Positions 10,584-21,101 of a stretch of DNA of 64,000 bases are shown in pieces (positions within the stretch are counted from its first letter, which is position 1; each line of letters opens with the position of its first letter). The notes under the pieces are model-generated. The model saw only the letters and a program-made list of their open reading frames with translations, was not told the origin of the DNA and did no database searches. The DNA is taken from contig NC_086383.1 in the NCBI RefSeq assembly GCF_036588685.1, positions 24,986,001-25,050,000 of the forward strand, in the 5' to 3' direction. The DNA comes from Mytilus trossulus. Taxonomy: Eukaryota. Both the position numbers and the translations under genes were made by a program.

Positions 10584-13500
10584 TAGGGTTGTCACTGACT
10601 CAGACGTACTTATGAATATAATTATTTTCTGTGACTGTATCTTACATTAATTTGTAGGATCCTTTACTATAGATAATTTAGCTGATCTGTAACAATAACA
10701 TCTTCATGCCTTATATATCATGTACTGTAGTACGCCGCTAGATTAAAACTGACGTGGAAAGGTAACATATGGCCACCGAAAGCTCTTTTTTTGAGAGCCC
10801 AGGTGGTCATGTGGTCTAGCGGGACGGCTGCAGTGCAGGCGATTTGGTGTCACGATATCACAGTAGCATGGGTTCAAATCCCGGCGAGGGAAGAACCAAA
10901 AAAATTTGCGAAAGCAAATTTACAGATCTAACATTGTTGGGTTGATGTTTAGACGAGTTGTATATACATTATGTACACAGCCATGTATCACCATCATTGA
11001 TGGCGATCCGATGGATACATCTGTTGTAGGGTTGTCACTGACTCAGACGTACTTATGAATATAATTATTTTCTGTGACTGTATCTTACATTAATTTGTAG
11101 GATCCTTTACTATAGATAATTTAGCTGATCTGTAACAATAACATCTTCATGCCTTATATATCATGTACTGTAGTACGCCGCTAGATTAAAACTGACGTGG
11201 AAAGGTAACATATGGCCACCGAAAGCTCTTTTTTTGAGAGCCCAGGTGGTCATGTGGTCTAGCGGGACGGCTGCAGTGCAGGCGATTTGGTGTCACGATA
11301 TCACAGTAGCATGGGTTCAAATCCCGGCGAGGGAAGAACCAAAAAAATTTGCGAAAGCAAATTTACAGATCTAACATTGTTGGGTTGATGTTTAGACGAG
11401 TTGTATATACATTATGTACACAGCCATGTATCACCATCATTGATGGCGATCCGATGGATACATCTGTTGTAGGGTTGTCACTGACTCAGACGTACTTATG
11501 AATATAATTATTTTCTGTGACTGTATCTTACATTAATTTGTAGGATCCTTTACTATAGATAATTTAGCTGATCTGTAACAATAACATCTTCATGCCTTAT
11601 ATATCATGTACTGTAGTACGCCGCTAGATTAAAACTGACGTGGAAAGGTAACATATGGCCACCGAAAGCTCTTTTTTTGAGAGCCCAGGTGGTCATGTGG
11701 TCTAGCGGGACGGCTGCAGTGCAGGCGATTTGGTGTCACGATATCACAGTAGCATGGGTTCAAATCCCGGCGAGGGAAGAACCAAAAAAATTTGCGAAAG
11801 CAAATTTACAGATCTAACATTGTTGGGTTGATGTTTAGACGAGTTGTATATACATTATGTACACAGCCATGTATCACCATCATTGATGGCGATCCGATGG
11901 ATACATCTGTTGTAGGGTTGTCACTGACTCAGACGTACTTATGAATATAATTATTTTCTGTGACTGTATCTTACATTAATTTGTAGGATCCTTTACTATA
12001 GATAATTTAGCTGATCTGTAACAATAACATCTTCATGCCTTATATATCATGTACTGTAGTACGCCGCTAGATTAAAACTGACGTGGAAAGGTAACATATG
12101 GCCACCGAAAGCTCTTTTTTTGAGAGCCCAGGTGGTCATGTGGTCTAGCGGGACGGCTGCAGTGCAGGCGATTTGGTGTCACGATATCACAGTAGCATGG
12201 GTTCAAATCCCGGCGAGGGAAGAACCAAAAAAATTTGCGAAAGCAAATTTACAGATCTAACATTGTTGGGTTGATGTTTAGACGAGTTGTATATACATTA
12301 TGTACACAGCCATGTATCACCATCATTGATGGCGATCCGATGGATACATCTGTTGTAGGGTTGTCACTGACTCAGACGTACTTATGAATATAATTATTTT
12401 CTGTGACTGTATCTTACATTAATTTGTAGGATCCTTTACTATAGATAATTTAGCTGATCTGTAACAATAACATCTTCATGCCTTATATATCATGTACTGT
12501 AGTACGCCGCTAGATTAAAACTGACGTGGAAAGGTAACATATGGCCACCGAAAGCTCTTTTTTTGAGAGCCCAGGTGGTCATGTGGTCTAGCGGGACGGC
12601 TGCAGTGCAGGCGATTTGGTGTCACGATATCACAGTAGCATGGGTTCAAATCCCGGCGAGGGAAGAACCAAAAAAATTTGCGAAAGCAAATTTACAGATC
12701 TAACATTGTTGGGTTGATGTTTAGACGAGTTGTATATACATTATGTACACAGCCATGTATCACCATCATTGATGGCGATCCGATGGATACATCTGTTGTA
12801 GGGTTGTCACTGACTCAGACGTACTTATGAATATAATTATTTTCTGTGACTGTATCTTACATTAATTTGTAGGATCCTTTACTATAGATAATTTAGCTGA
12901 TCTGTAACAATAACATCTTCATGCCTTATATATCATGTACTGTAGTACGCCGCTAGATTAAAACTGACGTGGAAAGGTAACATATGGCCACCGAAAGCTC
13001 TTTTTTTGAGAGCCCAGGTGGTCATATGGTCTAGCGGGACGGCTGCAGTGCAGGCGATTTGGTGTCACGATATCACAGTAGCATGGGTTCAAATCCCGGC
13101 GAGGGAAGAACCAAAAAAATTTGCGAAAGCAAATTTACAGATCTAACATTGTTGGGTTGATGTTTAGACGAGTTATATATACATTATGTACACAGCCATG
13201 TATCACCATCATTGATGGCGATCCGATGGATACATCTGTTGTAGGGTTGTCACTGACTCAGACGTACTTATGAATATAATTATTTTCTGTGACTGTATCT
13301 TACATTAATTTGTAGGATCCTTTACTATAGATAATTTAGCTGATCTGTAACAATAACATCTTCATGCCTTATATATCATGTACTGTAGTACGCCGCTAGA
13401 TTAAAACTGACGTGGAAAGGTAACATATGGCCACCGAAAGCTCTTTTTTTGAGAGCCCAGGTGGTCATGTGGTCTAGCGGGACGGCTGCAGTGCAGGCGA

Positions 13501-15387
13501 TTTGGTGTCACGATATCACAGTAGCATGGGTTCAAATCCCGGCGAGGGAAGAACCAAAAAAATTTGCGAAAGCAAATTTACAGATCTAACATTGTTGGGT
13601 TGATGTTTAGACGAGTTGTATATACATTATGTACACAGCCATGTATCACCATCATTGATGGCGATCCGATGGATACATCTGTTGTAGGGTTGTCACTGAC
13701 TCAGACGTACTTATGAATATAATTATTTTCTGTGACTGTATCTTACATTAATTTGTAGGATCCTTTACTATAGATAATTTAGCTGATCTGTAACAATAAC
13801 ATCTTCATGCCTTATATATCATGTACTGTAGTACGCCGCTAGATTAAAACTGACGTGGAAAGGTAACATATGGCCACCGAAGCTCTTTTTTTGAGAGCCC
13901 AGGTGGTCATGTGGTCTAGCGGGACGGCTGCAGTGCAGGCGATTTGGTGTCACGATATCACAGTAGCATGGGTTCAAATCCCGGCGAGGGAAGAACCAAA
14001 AAAATTTGCGAAAGCAAATTTACAGATCTAACATTGTTGGGTTGATGTTTAGACGAGTTGTATATACATTATGTACACAGCCATGTATCACCATCATTGA
14101 TGGCGATCCGATGGATACATCTGTTGTAGGGTTGTCACTGACTCAGACGTACTTATGAATATAAATATTTTCTGTGACTGTATCTTACATTAATTTGTAG
14201 GATCCTTTACTATAGATAATTTAGCTGATCTGTAACAATAACATCTTCATGCCTTATATATCATGTACTGTAGTACGCCGCTAGATTAAAACTGACGTGG
14301 AAAGGTAACATATGGCCACCGAAAGCTCTTTTTTTTGAGAGCCCAGGTGGTCATGTGGTCTAGCGGGACGGCTGCAGTGCAGGCGATTTGGTGTCACGAT
14401 ATCACAGTAGCATGGGTTCAAATCCCGGCGAGGGAAGAACCAAAAAAATTTGCGAAAGCAAATTTACAGATCTAACATTGTTGGGTTGATGTTTAGACGA
14501 GTTATATATACATTATGTACACAGCCATGTATCACCATCATTGATGGCGATCCGATGGATACATCTGTTGTAGGGTTGTCACTGACTCAGACGTACTTAT
14601 GAATATAATTATTTTCTGTGACTGTATCTTACATTAATTTGTAGGATCCTTTACTATAGATAATTTAGCTGATCTGTAACAATAACATCTTCATGCCTTA
14701 TATATCATGTACTGTAGTACGCCGCTAGATTAAAACTGACGTGGAAAGGTAACATATGGCCACCGAAAGCTCTTTTTTTGAGAGCCCAGGTGGTCATGTG
14801 GTCTAGCGGGACGGCTGCAGTGCAGGCGATTTGGTGTCACGATATCACAGTAGCATGGGTTCAAATCCCGGCGAGGGAAGAACCAAAAAAATTTGCGAAA
14901 GCAAATTTACAGATCTAACATTGTTGGGTTGATGTTTAGACGAGTTGTATATACATTATGTACACAGCCATGTATCACCATCATTGATGGCGATCCGATG
15001 GATACATCTGTTGTAGGGTTGTCACTGACTCAGACGTACTTATGAATATAATTATTTTCTGTGACTGTATCTTACATTAATTTGTAGGATCCTTTACTAT
15101 AGATAATTTAGCTGATCTGTAACAATAACATCTTCATGCCTTATATATCATGTACTGTAGTACGCCGCTAGATTAAAACTGACGTGGAAAGGTAACATAT
15201 GGCCACCGAAGCTCTTTTTTTGAGAGCCCAGGTGGTCATGTGGTCTAGCGGGACGGCTGCAGTGCAGGCGATTTGGTGTCACGATATCACAGTAGCATGG
15301 GTTCAAATCCCGGCGAGGGAAGAACCAAAAAAATTTGCGAAAGCAAATTTACAGATCTAACATTGTTGGGTTGATGTTTAGACGAGT

Positions 15388-15389
<2 letters not shown>
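10584..15389 (+). repeat. Tandem array of ~10.9 x 443-bp units with a tRNA-derived (SINE-like) Pol III head, inserted in a TA microsatellite
   Basis: Unit starts (tagggttgtcactg) at 10584, 11027, 11470, 11913, 12356, 12799, 13242, 13685, 14127, 14571 and 15014 (partial). Units are near-identical and the array is flanked by TA runs. The empty paralogous site is at ~57769-57774. Confidence 0.95.
10793..11235 (+). ncRNA. Predicted ~440-nt structured Pol III transcript (one per array unit)
   Basis: A-box TGGTCATGTGG 10804-10814, B-box/T-arm GGTTCAAATCC 10871-10881, T7 at 11229-11235, and extensive 5'/3' end pairing with G-U wobbles. Transcription is inferred, not shown. Confidence 0.5.

Positions 15390-15423
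<34 letters not shown>
15390..15423. repeat. (TA)n microsatellite at the array's right junction
   Basis: Uninterrupted tatata run directly after gacgagttg. Confidence 0.95.
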
Positions 15424-15425
<2 letters not shown>

Positions 15426-15427
<2 letters not shown>

Positions 15428-16045
15428 GAAGATGTGGTATGATTGCAAATGAGGCAGTTCTCCACAAGAGAACAAATGACACATAAATTAAAAACTATAG
15501 GTCACCCTACGACCTTCAATAATGATCACATCCAATTCTGCAAAGTCAGATATAAAAGGCCCCGAATGAGTTAACTAACAGCATAATTTATGTACAAAAA
15601 AATGAAAAAAAATAAATATGTAGCACGATCAACAAACAACAACCACTTAATTACATGATTCTGACTTTGGACATACATACAGAATGTGGCGGTGTTACAC
15701 ATGTTAGAGAGATCTCAACCCTCCATTTACATGGAACAGTGGTGTAACAGTACAACATAAGAACAAACTAGAAAAATCAGTTGAAAAAGGCTCATCAGAT
15801 GGATACAAATAGAAATACATCTACGAAAAGCGTGGATGTAGCCGGGTTTTTGTATATCCCAACATTTACAGCGAGTTCCGAACCACTAACAACTAATAAA
15901 AAAAAAATATTCATCTAAGACTAAATTATTAATCGGTACACATCCAATGATCCTATAGATTTAGCGTACAGACGACATGAACAGTCAGAGGTAAACATGA
16001 CTTGCGCAATGCCAAGATACAAGTGTCGACAGACTGTATATCCAT
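15426..16045 (+). repeat. Interspersed repeat (aagaagatgtggtatgattg family)
   Basis: Shares its start with 18916-19035, 57782 onward and an inverted copy at ~8030-8165. The right boundary is approximate. Confidence 0.6.
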
Positions 16046-16681
16046 GCGTTTGAATGGTTGTACACTAGTAATTTTGAGGCCCTTTATAGCTTGTTGTTCG
16101 GTGTGAGCCAAGGCTCCGTGTTGAAGGCCGTACTTTAACCTATAATGGTTTACTTATATTCGGAACTTATTTGCGTCAATTTAGCCGCTGAAACGTTGTG
16201 TGTGCAGCGAGTTACAAATTCCAGTGTATAAAATATATATTGTACGACTGTACCTCGTATATTTTATTTTTGGCGCAAATGATACTATGTAATTTTTAAA
16301 TCAGTGGTGCAAACGTAGCATTAGAGAAAAAAGTTGTGGCGCAAAAGGACGCATATTTGGCACAAACGAATTAATTTCTCCCCTTATAATTGTGTTTGTT
16401 TTAGAGATACTTTTTACTAAAGAAACTCCGGAACTTGGGCCAGTTTTAGGTTCACTGAATAAAATGCCTATGAATATGCTAATAAGCAAATAGACAAACT
16501 GTTTCCGTCTTTGGGAACCAAACTCTACCTCGGAAAGTGGGGTTGGAAAATCATATTTTAATTAACCTTTTTCGAACTTTTAAAAGGAGCATTATTATGT
16601 TTGGGCTCAGAGAAAAGTAAGATATAATTTCTGATTGAGAGTGCTCGTAAGTTAATTTAATGTTAAGTTTTTCATATAAGA

Positions 16682-16712
<31 letters not shown>

Positions 16713-19482
16713 GGTTAATTTATTCTCATGATTTTCAGTATTAAGGGAGGGAGGTCAGTGTACATTATAGAGCTCTATTTATTTATCGGGAAAATCAGAA
16801 TGTTATTCTTATTATAATAGGCAGTGGCTTATTCGCCGGCGCATACAAACGTGACAGGCTGAAATGTGTTATTTTGCCGGCTCTAGGTGAAGATCGGTGA
16901 ACTGAAGACAATTTTGCCAGCAAAACGATTTTGCTGATAAAAAGATATGCAATTCAAAGAATTAACTTTTATTTTTCACATTTATGATTTTGAAGCAATT
17001 TTATTGAATACAGGTTAATAGAATCAGAGTTTAATGTTAAAAGTAATAAAACTTTATATGAGATTTTTTACTTTTGTTTTTTTTTCTTTTTAAGCTTACA
17101 AATAAGTCTGATACATCATTAATTGCTTTACTTCTGGTAATTAATGGATTCTCAATAGTTTTTCTATCATTTCACTTGGATTCTTAAATAGATTTATGTT
17201 ATTATATGAACTGCGTCGCATAGATATCGACCTTATGTAAATGAATCACTATACAAATCATTTGGTTGATTTATAGAACAAATATCGCTTCGATACCCAC
17301 TGACTATTTAAAATGTTCGAAATTATAATACCTATTTTAGGTTCTCCAAATGGTATGAATTGTCTCCCATAAAAAGATGCAACTTCGAAGTTGTTGCAGA
17401 ATGTGCAAATGTCAAAAGGCTGTCAGTATGATTCTACGAATTTCTGCATCATGGTAAAGAAACTAATGCCTTGAAATAAATGCATTAGCTTTCAATATCT
17501 CTAAGTCATAAAACGTTGATTTACCTTACAAAAAGGGGGAGGGTATATGATCTGTCATAAATTTATTTGCAGTCTTGTCTAAAAATAAGGTCAACTTTAT
17601 AAAACACATATGAATTAAACTGAATAGTCTTTTGAAAGGGTATAGGTGGCTTGATTTGTATTTTTCGTCCCGTTGCCAATGTGTTATGCACACCCCGACG
17701 AGAACATAATGATATGATGTCAAGACGAACCATACTTTGTGAACTAGACTGACATGCTGAGCATGATTCTTTTTGTCGTGTTAACCAATAAACAGTGAAT
17801 TTTTGAAATATTAAGACTTTTCTACCTCGGGAATAGATTACCTTAGCTGTATTTGACAAAACTTTTAGGAATTTTGGGTTCGAGCGATAATGATGAGACT
17901 TTTGAAACCGAAACGCGCGTCCTGCGCGAATACAATATTCAATCCTGGTATGTAAAATAAATTTATTATTAAAAAGTAATATTTAACTACTCGGTAAATT
18001 TATCCTTCTGACAAAGTCTTTACCTTTACTTCTATAAAAAAATAACATCATAAACAAAATGCAAACATAAATTTTGCATACATTATTAAAAAAAAGTCAA
18101 GTATGATTATAATGCTATATACAATTTGATAAAAATAAACGTGATGATATAATCGGTTTTCAATATTTTTTCAACAGTTTGACAGACTAATTCGTTATTA
18201 ATCATTTAATGCTATTGTCAAATTTAGATATTATTGATAACCAATTTAGAAAAAGCTCACCAATACGTATACGTTGAAAATAACCTGTTATGTGAATAAG
18301 AAAATTAACGTTTTGCATTTAGAATGATCCTTATTTATTCCGTATTTCCTCAAATTTCGGTAAAATAATCCGCAATATATAAATTTCGTATTGCTCAGTG
18401 TTTCATTTTCTATGAAGTTTTGATTACTTTATAGAAAAAAAGGATACAGGGTTTAAATGCATGCATACTTTTTAAAAATTGTTATTTGGATTGAGAGTTC
18501 AGTGGCACTCACACCACATCTTCCTACATCTAATCAAATTTCATTGCAATTATTTTTTGATGAGTTTGGGATTTTTTCAAACGGCGTTGTCAGTTAAATC
18601 TCGCTTCGGCTGATTAGTTTTCAATCTACCTTTAGTATCTCCCGCTCTTTTTCCCACAGATCTTACAATAGTATAACGATGTTCAAAAGTCATAAAAGAG
18701 GGGCGAAAGATACCAGAGGGACATTCAAACTCATAGTTTGATAATGAACTAAGAATGCAATGGCTAAAAGGAAAAAAGACAGATAAACAATAAAACACAA
18801 CACACAACATATAAAACTAAAGACTATGCCACACGAACCCCACCAAAAACTGGGTTTATCTCAGGTGCTTATGATTGGTAAAAGTCATTTCCTGAGATAG
18901 CCGTATGTAGATATAGGAAGATGTGGTGTGAGTGCCAATGAGACAACTCTCCATCCAAATAACAATTTAAAAGTAAACCATTATAGGTCAATGTACGGCC
19001 TCTAACACGGAGGCTTGGCTCACACCGAACAATAAGCATGTATTTATAAAGCTCTAAATCGCAACGGATTATGCCAAATTGTCTTTATATACAACTGAGA
19101 CAATCTCTATATCTGCAATAAAAAGTTATCAAAGGTACCAGGATTATGATTTAGTACGCCAGACGCGCGTTTTGTCTACATAAGAGTCATACGTGACGCT
19201 CACATCCAAAATATTTATAAAGCCAAAACATGTACAAAATTGAAGAGCATTGCGAATTAAAAATTCAAAAAAGTTGAGCCAAATACGGCTAAGGTAATCT
19301 ATACCAATAAATTATTTATTGGACTTATAAAAAGAGCACTTTGCATGATTTTGTAAAATGACGTAATCTCATTGTCAATAAAGGGGGGAAAAATGACAGA
19401 CCAGGAGCTGGAACACTTTCCATTTTTTAAAGGTAAATTTTGGTTAACGTCCTGACCTCTCCTTTCGAGAAATTGTGAATAT

Positions 19483-19793
19483 AAAACGTTATCAAAAGTA
19501 CCAGGTTTATAATTTAATACGCCAGACGCGCGTTTCGTCTACATGAGACTTATCAGGAACGTTCAGACCAAAATAGTTATAACGCCTAACAAGTACAAAG
19601 TCAAAGAGCGTTGAGGACCTAAAGTTCCTAAAAGTTGTGCCAAATACGGCTAAGGTAATCTATTCCTGGGATAAGAAATTCCTTAGTTTTTCGAAAAATT
19701 CAAAGTTTTGTAAACAGAAAATTTATAACAAGAATACCATATATAATTGATATTCATGTCAACACCGAAGTGCTGACTACTGGGCTGGTGATA
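19483..19793 (-). mobile_element. Hammerhead-ribozyme-containing non-autonomous retroelement (retrozyme-like), decayed
   Basis: Minus strand 19563-19519 reads CTGATAA-GTCT-CATGT-AGAC-GAAA-CGCGCG-TC-TGGCG, a type I hammerhead layout with G8 changed to A. A second, partial copy lies at ~19121-19312. Confidence 0.75.
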
Positions 19794-20283
19794 ATATTTA
19801 CGATACTATACATTAGTTATAAAATTCATTGAACCTTTATTTACCACAAACTTACCATTCGTACTGTTTTCAGCACCGCATACTATGGATATTTTCAGTT
19901 ATCGGGATTTGCACTGTTTGCCCTTACGGAGCACATGAGATCACCCGAAGTTTAAGGTTCGTGTTGCTTTGTCTTTATTTTCTATGTTGTGCTTTGTGTA
20001 CTATTGTTTGTCTGTCTTTTTTTGTTTTTTAATCATGGCATTGTTTTTCTTTGATTTATGAATTTAACTGTCCCTCTGGTATTTTTCGCCTCCTTGTTAA
20101 AGTTCAGCAGTTATAGAGAAAGTAGAGCGAATTCGTTTTTCTCATAACTAAAAACTAACGTCACTTCATTGGTTGAATTTCAAAATGTTTCCAACTAATT
20201 ACAAAATGCTGGTGTACTATTTTGAAAATGTTAACAAGAATGCAATAGATCCTGAAATGGCGAATATGTAATATTGAATTGTT

Positions 20284-20731
20284 GGTCCGAACCCACAATT
20301 GTCGTCCCTTGATTTTCGTTGTTCACAATATAGTCCCTAGTCTTGACAGTGGGTTACTTGCTATTAATTTTTATACCCCTTCCAAATTTATTTCTCAATG
20401 TTTAATGCCTCAAATTGCAAGAAGGGGGTGAAAATTTACTGTAAAATAAATTGGGTCCAGAATTTTAAAGGAAAGTAGAGATTTGGTCCAGCTGAAAAAG
20501 TTTTAAAATTAGCACTTCGGAAGCTGTAAAAAGATTTCAAGACGCCCTAAACATAAAATTGTCCATATTTTGAGTTAGAGGTGATGAACTTTTCTTTAAT
20601 TTTGATATAATTTGACCCAAAAGTAGTACAACACACTGTAAAAGTTTCTCTGAGAAAGCGCAAGTGGTTTTTTTTTATTTTCATTTATGTTCTGAAAGAA
20701 ATGCACTACGAAATAATTATGGTCTCGGACC
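20284..20731. mobile_element. MITE with ~17-bp TIRs and a 4-bp TGTT target-site duplication
   Basis: tgtt|GGTCCGAACCCACAATT ... AATTATGGTCTCGGACC|tgtt. Confidence 0.8.
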
Positions 20732-21101
20732 TGTTGTGATGTGTTGTTTTGCTTCTGCACTGCAGTTCAGGTTTATTGTTTTGTACTTTGATTGTTTTGT
20801 CTGCTCATGTTTTGTCAATTAAGAAGGCACTGGCGAATATATGTGTACTTATATTAAAGTCGAAGTTTTACATAGTTATTTGTCTGATGGTCATTGTCGG
20901 GTTTGTATTTTATCGGTCAGTAAGCTACGTGCATTAGGACACCACACAAGGGTTAAAGGATAAAATCTGAAATGGCTTGGTCATTTAAAAAAGTCGATAT
21001 TATATTGATATTTTATTTTCTATTCATCATTTCTAATTGATACAGGAAGGTCTTTTTTTCAATCAAAATTTTCTCTGTCTGTCTGTCTGTCTCACTTTCT
21101 C

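Noticed and set aside
10749-10800. Hammerhead ribozyme within the 443-bp unit (CTGACGT...GAAA-GCTCT/AGAGC)
   Set aside because: The core is CUGACGU rather than CUGANGA and there is no UH cleavage site (CC instead). No twister, pistol, HDV or hairpin consensus was recognised by eye either.
10795-10891. Array of functional tRNA genes
   Set aside because: A/B boxes and a T-arm are present, but the acceptor and anticodon stems do not form a cloverleaf. It is better read as a tRNA-derived head.
10584-15389. CRISPR array
   Set aside because: The units are near-identical along their whole length with no unique spacers, there are no cas genes, and the context is eukaryotic.
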